This document shows, piece after piece, positions 11,801 through 25,100 of a DNA stretch of 64,000 nucleotides (the first letter of the stretch is position 1; the number at the start of each line of letters is the position of its first letter). Both the position numbers and the translations under genes were made by a program. Source of the stretch: Tubiluchus corallicola. Taxonomy: Eukaryota > Animalia > Priapulida. The stretch is from assembly GCA_030141605.1 (NCBI GenBank), contig JAQGDQ010000181.1, positions 372,378 through 436,377 of the forward strand, in the 5' to 3' direction. The notes under the pieces were generated by a model. That model was not told the origin of the DNA. It ran no database searches and saw nothing but the letters and a program-made list of their open reading frames with translations.

Positions 11801-14800
11801 CTCTCCATTTCATGAGGATCATTTTGATACCAAGCTCATTGCTCTACATTATTTCTAAGCTGAGATAAACTATGTTGAAGCTGAGGTGCAAGCTGCGCAC
11901 TGAAAAACATAATCTTGAGAAAATTGTTGTTAAAGTTAGCCATTGTTTTTTGTCGCATTTCTACAAAGCACTTAGCAACCGGACAAATATTGGTTGCTAC
12001 GAACTTTACACGAACACATTGAAGTTACGTTTAAATCCAGTAGAAGGCTCTTCCTGACAAAGATCTGGGCTTGGCAACAGTAAAGGCCCAAAGCAAAATG
12101 ATTGCTTTTATGAGCTACTGTTAGAGTTTGAAAATACAAGTTTTTTTTTACAATTGCAGTAACCAGAAAAGTGAATACGGGGTTATAAAATTAGATGTTT
12201 AGTATTTTTTGAACACTTTCGTGATCATTTGATGCTAGAATATAAAAGCCCAATATATTTAGTGTCTATTTTTATAAAAAACAAAAAATTGACATTTGAC
12301 CAAATTTTTGGTGTATTCTACTTTGAAGCATTATAACATAGTTTTAACTATGCCAACTTACGGACGGTGTAGGTTTGCAAGCACACATATATAAAAACTT
12401 CACAATTAACAATATTCTGAAAATTTAAAAATTGAAAGAAGATCCAGAACCATAATGTAAAAACAGAAAGCATGCCTGAATTGAAAATTTTGCAAAACAG
12501 TAACAGTGATTTAGTATTCATGTTGCTAAAATTAGCTAAAACATATTTTCAAAATTATATTTGCAAAGATGACAGGAACCTATTGCTACAAATACTACAT
12601 TAGCATCCAGTACATTACAGATATAATGAGCTAACATCAAATAGCCTACAGAGTGATATGATAAAAAAAACAACTTACACTATTCAGCTCAGACTATTTT
12701 ACAACGAGGAGGGAAGAGCATTTAATACCTGTGAGCAACTTAACTTCAAAATAACAGGTTTGCTTAATAAATTTACGAATTAAAGTGAGGTGAATAAGCA
12801 ACTGGTTATAATATGAATTTGTGACTAAAATTAAGCAACATCGGGGCTGGTCAGTGAACAGATAAGTGACTGGCAAGTCCAATAACTCGTACTAACCGGT
12901 TTCGTTGAGCGTCAGCATACAGATTCTGGGTATGCAACTCGCCATTGAGGGAAAACATACTCACAATTGAATGTGGCGAAGATACTTCCCGTGTTATATT
13001 TTGGGAGAAGCACCCTCAATAACGAGTCAGATTCTGGCCTTGCTGCAACCATCTACATTAATTAGGACAAGCACGTAATTCTCAAAACGCTAAGGTTCTA
13101 CAAAAATTTGTCATCATCATTAGTGTTCCATTTGCTGTAGTCGATGTGATCAGATTTGGTTTACGAGAAATTTGTTTATCTACTGTTTCATGCAATGTTC
13201 CCTTTTAGTTTTAAATGTACTCTTGAGAATGGCTGCCATTAAGTACTTGAGATATTGAGTTTATCTATTAATAAATTATCTCTTGTACCCATTTAGCTAT
13301 TTCAGTATGTTTCACGGTGTTAGTATACCAATTACATACATATGCTTAAAATAAAACACCTTATTTCATAGTGAATGTAAGCAAAATAATCATAGCTCTC
13401 ACCTGTAGAATTACATCAAGCATAAAAGTAGGATTGTGTCCAATGAATGCATATAATTGTAAGCAGATTTGACTAGCGATCACAGTTTTATCTTCTGCTT
13501 TCCTAGATGCTGTAATATGCAAATCCACTAACATGGACATCAATGCTGCTGCAACATCATTGCAAAATGCTGACGACTGTAAAAACACTGATAATCATCA
13601 ATACAGTTACTATTTCACCACATGATACAGCAGCAAAAACCCAAAGAAAAATAATAAAAGATTTAAGTAACCGACGAAACTTTCCGTAGGAGTCTTTCTA
13701 GCTGCAACTTGTAATTTAGTAAATTAGCACAAAATAATGACTTCAAAATACCTTAATGAAAAATTTCCATTATTTGAATGTCTGTTACATACATAGTGAT
13801 GTGAGCATACAACGAAACACAAAGAATAAATAAAATTTAAAATAAATTTCAACTTACGATTCAAAGTAAATAATAATGGTTATTTGGTAAGAATAGATTT
13901 ACAATAATGCAATTTTATACAGCCACCTGTGCATTACCACAGACACATATTCGCTTTGATGCTAGACGGACCTTATGTCAGGTGAAACAGCTGCTTAGCA
14001 CAATATTGAAACAACTGGCATTGGCATGGTATATCATAAACGCATTTACAGACACACATATTTTTACTATCGCATTTTATATTGATGCCGGAGTAAAACA
14101 AAATGAATCCAATGTATATAAAACAGTCACATGTTATCGGGTAACCGTGCCAGTTGATGTCACAGCCAATGTGGAGCATAATTAGGCAAGCACCACACTA
14201 CCAATTTAATTCACATATTCAAAATAAAAACTCACGTACTCTTGGTAACTGCTGGGTCTTCATATGGCAAAACGAAAGGAAATCCTGCAGTCCAGTTGCT
14301 AACTTCTTTGCAGATTTGACTTTTTTCTTTTCAACACACTTCTGAACTACACTTGTCATCATCATCATGAACTCCTTCATGAGATTCTCCACAGCCGCTG
14401 CCGTTGTAATGCCAGTTAGAAGGTGTTGATAGACCCTCGTATTTCGAAATGGAATGTTGCTCGTATATTTGCTAGATATGGCTTCAGCAGTCTATACAAG
14501 ATACCGATATATGAAGACTGAATAGCGAAAACAGAAACAACACTTTCACAAACTACACAGAACGACATGTCATATTAAAAATAACAAGTCTTTGAATTTA
14601 GCAAAAAATATTGTATTGCACAAAATTTTCTTGAAAAAATCTGCATTTAAGACCCGATGTGACTAGTTTTTTCTTGCTGTTGGCAAAATCCCTGCAAAAC
14701 TGCTCATCATTTGAAACGTCTATCTCTATAGCGAGAAAAAACTCTTGCGTGTTTCTTGCTACACCACAAAAATGCAGGCGAAAATGGCTATGGCAGCATT

Positions 14801-17800
14801 TTTATATATATATATAACATACCAGCGAAATTAATACATACGATCTTAATAAGCGTTGATTATTACCTGGTCAATCAATGCTTTGTCCATATCAGTAATC
14901 ATATTGTGTTTTAGCTTCTGAACTAAATAGTGACAGTCTAAAAAATAAGTAATAGACTAGACTTATCAGCTGTTAACTGAATTACACTTAATATGCATAA
15001 GAGAAACCTCTCACAGTCTACTGCTACTTAATATAATAAGTTAATATTAATATATTAAGTCATAAAATGGAGTAAGAGATTTTCTGTATATATGCTAGAT
15101 TCCATCACACAAAGGATACTAATAATTTCTGAATGGTTCTGTAGAACTGGAGTTCAGCTCATTACCAGGGATATCTAACCAGTAAAGGTTTTTCAGCACA
15201 TTCAGATGTATATGTTGTCACTCAGTGAGTTAGACAGAGAATAGAGCAGATGAACAGAAATGTCACTGAAACATTTGCAGTTTTATTTTCAGTGCAGACA
15301 ACCATGAAGCTTTAAGGTCTCCAGATACAATCAATCGAAATATGAAAGTGCAATTTCAACAAAACTAAGTTTAAATTTGAAATTTATGAAATATAGTCAA
15401 CTAACTATTTACAAAATAAAATATGTTTATTTTTTTCAAGCGTTTAGTTCCAAGGTATTACTTCTGGTTGCAGTTGAATAACAGTAAGCTATAGAATGAA
15501 TATCCAGGATTCAACTGTCATGTAATATTAATTTTTCTTGGCTAGCTGTTTTCATCAAGTTTAGATTAGAGCAAATAAAAGCAAAAACAAAGTATTCTAC
15601 TTGAATTTTTTTTCATAGTAGCTGGTCTTGAAAAAAATGTTTTCAATTCACTTTACTAAGTTTAATAATTTTTGGTTTTCGTTTCAGTTTGTAATATTAG
15701 TTTCGGTACTCCTTGCACTTAAAGCTCTATGAAAAACATCCAGAGCAGCACAGGTTTGGTACATCCCTGCCAATAAAACCATATCAACTAGAGCTGATGC
15801 TGCTTAATTCTGTAAAGCTAAAAGCTAATAGTAAAAAATTTGCTGTTTCCCTTTACTACGTAATACTTAATATCGGAGCTCAACCTGCTACAATAATTTC
15901 ATTCGAGATGTATAGTTTTGTTATGAACAGCTAAACAGAAGAGACATGAATTTTACATTCGCTACATACATGTACAATGTTGATTTGAAACTTCTATTAA
16001 TTACACATCACTGCATTATACAAAGCACATTTTGTAAATATTCATTTTACTTACAGACTTTTTGCTGAATTTCAGGAGACAAACAGTCAGCCAATCTCTG
16101 ATTTAGAACGCAAGATTCCCGGATGCAAAAATTGTACGGTGCTTCTAAGTGTTTGTTGTCTTCATCAGTTAACAAGTCTTCTCTGACAGTCTTCTGTTTC
16201 TTCAGACTTGAAGGCTCTTTCACTGTTTCCAGACGACCATCCAATAATCTAGAAATAAAACAAAAAAAAAACAGTTTAAGGTAAGTAAAGAAATTTATGT
16301 GGAAAAGGTGAGGAGACCATTACATTCACCATTCAAATATGGTCTAAAGAGGGCATATTTTTAGCAATTAGATTAGAAGATACTTGACTCTTTCTTACCA
16401 TCTCATGTATGATTTTAGTAGAGACATGGGAACAATATGAGCAAAATAACAGCAACCAAAAACAAAATGATCAAATGCTAAACTTCTATACAATGCTAAA
16501 CTATACACATCTTACCATTATATGATGCTAAACTTATATATTTTATATACTATTTTATAATGTTAATCTATACACATCTTACTATTATATAATGCTAAAC
16601 TATACACATCTTACTGCAGTCAAACCCCGTTACAGTGCCTTAAGGGCATTAAGCGAGGTTGGCATTACAAAAAGGGGCGTTATAACGAGGTTTGACTGTA
16701 TTATAAACAAAAAAGTGCAAAGTAGAAGAATAGGTACTTTAGCTACATGTACATTTGTGATACAGTAAATGTCTTGCAATGTTTTAGCAGACACATCTAA
16801 TCTTTACACCTCAGCATAAAGTTAAAGGCCGAAAATGGTATTTGGAGGTCTACTGTAACACTCATAATCTTAGCGCTAACATAATCCCTAATGGGGGAGC
16901 CTAAGGAATTTGTCTCCTTGCTAGTTACATAACCGCAACAGTAAATACAGCAGGTTTAGCGAAACAGAAGAGAAGGTGTAACCTCTGAAGCATAGTAAGA
17001 TAAACTTTGAATTGGTTTTCAAGATCATCCTTTAACGGTCCTTCTGGTAGGCTAGCAACAGCAATCTTCAGTTGTTCTTTTAACTTCTTCTTAGTGACGA
17101 CAATACCTACATACAGAACAAAATAAGCAGAAATTACAAACGATAATTATCATAATCTACTAGTTTAATCTAGATTTTACTTATGAAAAGTACAACAGGA
17201 ATGGTATTGTAATTTCACGTCACAAGTTTCTGTTGACCCAACTCTCAGAAGCCCTATGGAAATTAATAATGGCCATAATTAAAAATTAAAAATTTACAAG
17301 ATCAAGACAAAGTCTCAGGACAATTTTCTGTTGGTTTTATAATTAACTATGACTATTTCTTCTAATTTGCTATACTAGCTCTAGTTGCCTATGGTGATGG
17401 TGACACTGGGTCAATAAAAGCTGTCCAACAGAAGTTGCTATGCCTCTGCCATACTTTAGTTTTATTTTACCTTCAGTAGGTAAAGTGAGGTCATCCATTG
17501 TTAGCTAATGAGTTGTTTTTTAAACTTTTTTAAAATCAGCCATCTACTTAATACAGCAGGTTGTGGCAAGACCAAAATCTATACCTCATTATCAAGCATC
17601 TAAGATTAGATACTGAATCAGCAGCAGTGCCTTAGTCTTATTCTGATGAGCATACACTCAAACTCAACAAGATAAATTAATTACATTTGGCAGCACAGTA
17701 TGGCTGTTTACCAGCCAACGGAAGATCCAGGAATTCACTCACTTGATTATTCTACTAATCAGGCTCAGTATGGCTGATCATATCAGATGTTTACTTTAAT

Positions 17801-18610
17801 GAAAAAAATTACTTTTCGAGTATTAGCTACAAACATAGTATGATATTATTGGGTAAGTGATACGAGCTGTCTTTCTTTATTTTCTTATGATTGTTAAATA
17901 CTAGCATTTTTTGAAACATGTTGGTTGTAGATGCATGTGCCAATAGGCATACGTGTACTTTGTACCATTATTGTAATATATGAAATAAAAACTTGTACTC
18001 AAAAGTACTGTAACAATAACCAATATTATGTAGATTTTTTATGGCTACCAACTGTTGTAGGAGTCTACTATTTTTATTTATTGATGTATTGAGTTGAATT
18101 ATATTAGCACTGGAGCATGGCTGGAGCAGCATACATTGTAACTACTCAACTGTTTTCTCCACCTGAATACAGAAAAGCTCATTTTACCTCAATAACATAA
18201 TCAACATAGCATTAACAAATGATGCGACTACTAAGAGAGACAGGGTGGCAAAAAGACCGACATATCATAGAGTCTACCAACCTTCAACTAATTTAATAAC
18301 AAAACTCTACTTAGATTAGTACTGTGATCTATGTAAATTAAACTATAATGTAAATGTATTTTAAATTATTATATTTTATCTGAAGGCAAACAAGGAACAT
18401 AAACTATTATTGCAAATTTATAGCTCAAGCAGTTGGACCGAACTTGCTCTTAAACTTGCGTTAATATAATTATGCATGCAGTAACATGTTTCTGTTCATT
18501 TAAGTTAGGTTTATCGTTCAATAATAACAATTAACCAAAAAATAAAACCAATCACCTTCATTTTGCAGCTTATCGTGCAATTTTCGAATAAACTTCTTGG
18601 ATTTTTTCAT
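1..18610 (-). CDS. Uncharacterised large multi-exon protein: ~500-aa putatively folded N-terminal region plus >1800-aa acidic/Ser-rich disordered region; 3' end beyond the window
   Basis: Phase-consistent GT-AG exons read manually: 18556-18610 (MKKSKKFIRKLHDKLQNE), 16983-17106, 16055-16248, 14867-14937, 14240-14491, 13403-13576, 12965-13052, [12679-12824, ambiguous, contains TAG], 11262-11439, 10745-10902, 10447-10554. The giant exon then runs from 8874 to <1, interrupted by the element at 3789-7192. No family recognised. Confidence 0.7.
3789..7192. mobile_element. Non-autonomous DNA transposon, Sola3-like (TTAA TSD, GAG...CTC termini, ~490-bp imperfect TIRs)
   Basis: TTAA at 3785-3788 and 7193-7196. 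Left TIR ~3789-4275 (gagtcattccgtgagaaaa...aaattttggccagc) is an imperfect reverse complement of the right TIR ~6697-7192. No transposase ORF inside. Family assignment rests on TSD, termini and TIR length only. Confidence 0.85.
5357..6573. repeat. ~1.2-kb compound (GA/CA/GACA) microsatellite inside the transposon
   Basis: Continuous gagagacacagagagaca-type sequence with a pure (CA)n run at ~5801-5862. Confidence 0.95.
7197..8874 (-). CDS. 5' part of the giant acidic (D/E/S/K-rich) exon of the uncharacterised gene
   Basis: Acceptor tttttag|GAT GAA GAC at 8874 (phase 0). Largely the ORF 7069..8823, which reads on 41 codons into the transposon TIR before a TAG. Confidence 0.85.
9285..9645 (+). 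mobile_element. Dispersed repeat fragment, copy 1 (probable non-autonomous DNA transposon)
   Basis: Aligns by eye with 11835-12215 (tttctaagctgagataa...atgttgaag...aaatccagtaga...gctcttcctgac...gaaaatacaagtt). Confidence 0.6.
11835..12215 (+). mobile_element. Dispersed repeat fragment, copy 2
   Basis: Same-orientation homology to 9285-9645. Confidence 0.6.
16474..16612 (+). repeat. Degenerate short tandem repeat (aatgctaaactatacacatcttac...)
   Basis: Motif recurs about 4-5 times. Confidence 0.6.
16617..16698. mobile_element. ~82-bp Tc1/mariner-pogo-type MITE
   Basis: TIRs CAGTCAAACCCCGTTA ... TAACGAGGTTTGACTG followed by TA; left flank is TG rather than TA. Confidence 0.65.
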
Positions 18611-19179
18611 CTTTCTTTCTAATTAATCAGCGTAACAATGTATAATTTTGTATAAAAAATTTTTCAACACATTAATGCGGTGCGCGGTGGAGTGTAGTGA
18701 GTCGACATCTATTGGTAATTATGGAAACTGTGGAAAGACCAAACTTTACTTTTTTTGTTGAGCGGTGGCGCCACGCAAACTTTACCGCTTTACTGCCATA
18801 TAAAAAAACGTTCTAAATTAAAAACTTCCCATAAAACGCATCACTTTTAATCCCTACGCATACTTTCAGGAACAACCTACGATTGCTACATGCACCTATT
18901 TGTTACAGTAATAAAACAAATTAGTTAATTTTTTTACGGAAAAATCAAGCTAATAAAAAGTTCGTTAAAGTGTGTATTAATCCGTTCCTAAAAGCAAAGG
19001 AGTTCAGTGATCTCCTTCTGAATTTATTAGTGAATGTAAAATTTTTGTATGTTTTTGGTTTTATACGTTTATCTTTTTTGTAATTTCTTTGACGCTAGTT
19101 GGATAGAGTATGCGACTTCGTCACAACCATTTTATAGCTTTTTACACAAATCTATGAGGGCTAATTGTGTGGTAACTTA
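18611..19179. promoter_or_regulatory. Probable bidirectional promoter between the uncharacterised gene and ataxin-2
   Basis: Divergent ATGs at 18610 (-) and 19180 (+); local CpG/GC enrichment (gcggtgcgcgg, ggtggcgccacg) and an ATTGG (CCAAT) box at ~18711. Confidence 0.55.
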
Positions 19180-22100
19180 ATGACTGACGCCATGATGATG
19201 AACCCGAACACTAAAAAGAGAGGGTCACGTACTATGCCGGGAAGGTAAAAGAAAATTCTTATTTTTCTGTTGATACTTGATACATTTGTTATTAGATAGC
19301 TTCATCGCTTCACACTACATTGTAAACTAAACCGATAGTATAGCAATTGTAAGCTACCATATACTATTTTTATGCATGTGTTTTGTAAACTAGTTAGTAG
19401 CAAAGTATCTTCTCTTCTACCCACAGTTCCAGTTCATGCTGTAGTAGATAGTAGTAGATAGACAACTACTACTCTGTAACTAATTAACAATCACGAACTA
19501 AAATTTGAGGAGTTTGTGGCAGTAGATTAGAAAGAGACTGAAAGAAAACTTAGATAAGTGTAATCTCAAGTTCATTATAGTAAGTGGTCCACATTTTTAT
19601 GACAAGTCACCTGGGGAGGACTTGCCCCTATCATGGCCAATGGCTGCTCCAGGTAAGTATAAGGGGTTACAGTTAGAAAGGGGAAATACTGTAATGACAA
19701 ATAATTGTGCTAATACAATACAAAATAACGAGTATCCAATACACAACTATCCAGAAACTTTTCTCGCATTCCACATGCCAACAGAACAGGTGTTCAGATG
19801 GCAAGAGGCCAAAAGAACCACAGAACCATTACTTGCCAACTAAGATATAGAGCTCTCTGTTAGCAGGCCTATGTTATGATTTCATTATGGTTCAAACCAC
19901 AACGTGGAGAATGCGAAAATAAATGGATTTCACTATGAATACTGGGTTGGAGAACTAGAATTTTTAATGCTACTTGCACATCTTCATATATCTCCTATCA
20001 GTTAAATGAGGTATCTGTTGATGTCCTTCTTTGAAGCAGTTAAGGTTATCGTTAACAGGGTTTCAAACAACTTGAAAAATTGCACAGTGCTGAAGTTAGT
20101 ACAGGTATTAATTTAATGATTTGTTTAAAGTTTTCCAGTAATTATTTGTTTAAGAGGAAATTGAGGAGCTAAACTTCAAAATTGAAGATTTTTCGTGCTT
20201 TTTTTCAAAAGCTCTAGTCCGATTCTGGCTGTCTTTTGGACTGGTGTTTGAGTCCTTGTTTGGTTCTGATTCGTGTTATCTAGATGTCCACGATAGTCCT
20301 AGTGCTGTATAGTAGTGCTGGTTTTCTGGTCATGGATTGCAACTACACGTTATGCTCTGGACTAGTTTAATCGTGGCTTTATTATTATTATTATTAATTA
20401 TTAATTTTTTATCATATAAAACTTTATACAGTAGTGTGATTTTAGTATTAACAGTTATTAATACCATGAGTGAAAATTTTCTTTAGTGTTTATAAAAGCA
20501 TCGTGATTTCAGTATTCTACTTGTAACAATATTTAACCTTCAATTTATTTCTTGGCAAGTCTCATGTTTTTTATTGATTTTCAGGGGTGGTGGTGGAAAC
20601 CGATTCAAACCAGAGCGAAACATACAGGTAAAGCTAATGTATTGTGATTATACACTAATCGAATTTGAGTATATTTTTGCATCGATCTTTTCTTGCTTTT
20701 CTCAAAATGGAGTGTGGCTACTCATGACACACATGTTCCTATTACTGAAAGATTTGTTTTCTTTTTATTCGGCAAATACTCACTACTGGTGCTCATGATA
20801 CGTGCCAATTATTTGCCAAAACTAATTAACAGCAAATTTAAACTTCAGAGTTGGATTATAATTATACATAAGTACTTCATGTAGCATTACAAAAAATTGG
20901 TAAAAAAAAGTTGGTAAAAATGTAATTTTTTTGACAATTTTTTAACAGTTCATATGTCTACTTTCACACACTTCTAGATATCTGAAAAGTTAGCCATTTG
21001 GACAGGTCAAAGTTTTTTGGCAAACTAGCAAAATTTTGGACAAGTTATTTTATTTTAAAAAAAATTGTGCTGGCTATTGATATTTTTGAATAGCAGATTG
21101 CAGTTTATATTACGAATTTGTTGCAGCTTGACAGTTTGCGAGGCCTTGTTACAACATAGTGCCAATCTGCCAAATCATTTTCTACATTTACTGTTTATGT
21201 TTTTTAATTATTTTACAAGCACTGTCGTATTAATTTGGTCACCTCAGGCTTGTGTCAGTAGTATCTACAGTCATTACAGTGTCAGCCATTATTGATACTA
21301 TTACGTACACTCCAAATTTATATTTATTAGCAAAAGTATCAATTCCAGTCAGTGGGTAATCTCTGAACTAAAAATGATGATTGGTTATGGGAACCAACTG
21401 TTTTACTGGAAATATTCACTGCCTCAAAACTGAAGTGAAGAACAGCTTACATAATTAAATTTTGTTTCTAGACTATGCTCAGTATATTGCAGCTTATAGC
21501 ATCGTAAGCTAAAGTCGCTTAAATGAAAAAAATGTAATATTAAAATGTAAAATGTACCGCTTTTCATTTTGTCGAGTTCTTGACGTATTTCATTTTGCAT
21601 GTTTTCAACAATACAAATGCAGCAGCTTGACTAGGGCATTTTTAAACAGAAGTTGAATAGGTAATGCTCACAATGTAATAAGCGCTTTTTTAATTTTTAA
21701 GCGAAATGTTTTTAAATCTGCGTAGTCATACACCTTTTTAACAGTCATTGTACACGGTACTGTTATTAACTGAACCTCATTTAAAGCCGATGTTTAGAAC
21801 AAGCAGTTTGTGTGTTTATTTAGTTTAGCTTATACGTGCGCTCTGACCCTGCTCGCATTACCAGAAAGAGAAAACTTTGCCACGAGCATTCCAGGCATTG
21901 TACCTGTAATCTTAGATGCCCTTCATTCTCTTCTGCTTGCTAAATCCTTGGCCCATTTATTTAATCTGCAAAGAGAATAAGTCTATAAGTTCTTATCGTG
22001 GATTCTATGATATGTACAAGTCTGGTACAGTTCAGTGATTTTTGTTGGAAATAGTTATAGTCCAGAATATGCAGAGTTAGCAAATAGCCAAAATTGCTTT

Positions 22101-25100
22101 ATAGGACAGTTGCATGACTCCCTCAAAGAGGTGCTAAATTTTCATCACGATTTTTTTGCGTAAATTACTTGTTGTGTCTGCTGTTCTTGTTTCATACACT
22201 TTCATACACTGTTCATTGTTTGCATAAGACAATTCCATGATCCCTTCCTGAACGAGGTGCTAAATTTTCATTACATTTTTTACATAAACTATTTGATTGT
22301 TTTGGCTAGTATTTAAAGATAGCAAGCATATTGGAAAGAGACATGGCAACAGTCATCAAACATTCTGTATCAGCCACCATTCTTAAATATCACATTACGT
22401 TATTAAGCTACTGTTTAGAGCCTAAAAAGATTTCTACTTAATTTAACAATTCCTGTCAGTTTAGCCAGTTTTTGAGTGTTTGTAACATAATGATTGTTCA
22501 GTCAACCACACAGACAGCCCGAAGCACTGACTATGCCATTAGGGACTATTTTTGTTCATTAATTGTTTTCCCAGTGGCATACTCATTTTCTGCCTACCCA
22601 AGATTTGTATGACTGTGTGTGTGTATATGTGTGTCATTTACCAAGCAAACTGAACTTGTGTAAACATTTTAGCTTGTTAGCCCGTGTTATTTTCACTAAC
22701 TGACTCAAGGTTCGAGGGCTTGTTTTAATTTTGAAAGGCTTCTGCTACAGACAAACCGAACTTTCACTTTTCTTTTTGAGTGTGAGTGAGACTTTACAAT
22801 GTAGTGCTAGAGTGCCGATGCTTAATGTATAATAACATTTAATGTTCCACATATTTATGGGTATTAATATTTTGTGTGACCTGTGTGAATTAATATCTAC
22901 GAAGGTACAACGAATAGTAAATAAAAACAAAAATAACTTATGTTTATCGAAGAACGAGACACCATAAACAACAGCGGCAGCTGTGGGATTATAAAACAAT
23001 TTAACAGAGTCAAAAACTTGTGTCGTGCTTCTGCAAACTTTGAAGTAAAATTTAGCGTACTTTCCAAGAAACTTCTGGCATTCACAGAATTATAAATTAA
23101 GTAGATCCTAACAGATTCTGGAAAACTCATTTTTGATTATTGCAGTTTATTGTGTATCGTTGCTTTGCTTGCTGGTGATTGCAATGCAAGTGTGTGTAGA
23201 ATCGCTGATCATTTTTAAGTGTATTTTTGTTACTAAAACATCTTGAAATTCAACATGTTTGATGTGCTACAGTTTTGTGAAACCCTGTTGAGTATGGTGA
23301 ATGTTTTGTTTCATTGGTAACTATGTTAACTGTTGAACTAGATAGTGATTTCGGTTATCCTGGACAGATATTTTCATCATCGGTTTGGACAAGTGTTTTG
23401 AATGCTCTTGTTTTGTGGATGTTCTTCTGTTATTCCATTAGGTGGTTCTTGACGAGGGTTTCTTACTACATCTACGCATCAGACGAACTGGAATATTATT
23501 AATCATGTGACGTTAGTGCACTTTTGAGGATTTATTTATTGCAACTTAAACCAGGATGGTACTTTACTGAAATCATGGCTCCAATTGATATTGATTTAGC
23601 GTGCATACATCAGATTTCCTTACATTCTGTGAGTTTCTGTTCTTGTTTTTTTGTGCACATTTTCACGTCTTGCAACTTTTCTCTTTAGTCTTCATTAGTA
23701 CAAAAAGTTAATGGACAAGAAAAGAAATGGAGGTATCTGAAGTAGGTTTCAGAAAAGTTACCTTAAAAAATTATATTACTTTTAGCAATTTTATGCACAT
23801 ATTGTACTCTCGTTAAAAGGAATTTTTGTTTGTTTTCATTTTAAATCTCCCGCATTACTGTTCCGAAGTCGCCATTGCATGACGTTACCTACGCAAACAT
23901 AAATCAGGTGAAGAAAGGGCAATGTTAAATTATGTCCCAAAAAAACTTTCCATGCAAATCTATATTACTTAGCATTTCGATTACCTGCTGGAGAGATTTA
24001 TGTAACTAGAAATGATTTAAAATATTTGTGTCAATTGTTAAAATGTCGCTGGCTCCCCCTCCAGGATGTGCCACTCACTAGCCAATAACATATTTTTAAT
24101 CTCATTAGCAAGTTAACAGCAATTTAAAATTTTACTTAGTTAGTAACATGAGTGTTACGCATGCTCTGATTATTTTTGTACACTTAATGGAATGTTATCT
24201 AAACTTATGTCAAGCGACCTACCATTGAAATTGCTGCGACTAATGGTCATTGCAGGAGTTTAAATTTACAAGTTTTGTACATCGTTACTGCCGACCAAGC
24301 CCTGCATGCAAAAGGGCAGTATGTAAGTGGTACAAAAATTTAAGACAAATTTTTTAAGCTTGCTGTAAGTGGAGGTTTTTCTTGTGCTGTAGCAATTCTA
24401 AACCTCTCGTAAAGCTTATCGAACTTGCTTTAAGTTAGTCGCTGGTCAGTATCTGAATATCAATTATACAACTGACTCAGCTGTAAAAACGATGCAATTT
24501 TATTAGTTAGTGAGCAACCACAAATGTAAATTAAGGACTACAGTGGTTAATGTCGTAGACATCACTTATGCATAAAGCTGAATATTTTATTAGATCATAA
24601 TACATACATTTTTTGGGATAAATTTAAATGTTTTTGTGAAGGCTGAAGGGACTAGTTTTTTATAGATCAGAGAATTATCAGATAAAAATTACGCTAGTAT
24701 TACCAATATTTGTTTGACTATGAATCACCTACTGATGCACCAGAAAAACGCCAGAAAGGCAGTCTTTATCCAGTCATTAGTATCCTCAGTCATCATTGTA
24801 CATAAAAACTGCAAAATACTTTCAATTCAGAATTTGTTCACCAACCTTGGGGGCAGCATGGCACAGTAACTACAGATGACTTCTTTTCTTGCATGCTTAG
24901 CCGTGAAGATTACATGCAAGGTCTTGAGTCACAGTTTGCTATATGCCAAAGGGTCATAAGGACCTCCTTTTCGGTGATAAAATTCTGGTCATTCATATTA
25001 TACAAGTAATCTTAACATATTTCATATGGACCTCCTTTTCGGTAATAAAATTCTGGTCATTCATATTATACAAGTAATTGCACCACTTCTTTGATGTTTC

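Noticed and set aside
13973-14179. Cys-rich 68-aa minus-strand ORF
   Set aside because: No compatible splice phases and no recognisable domain; treated as intron.
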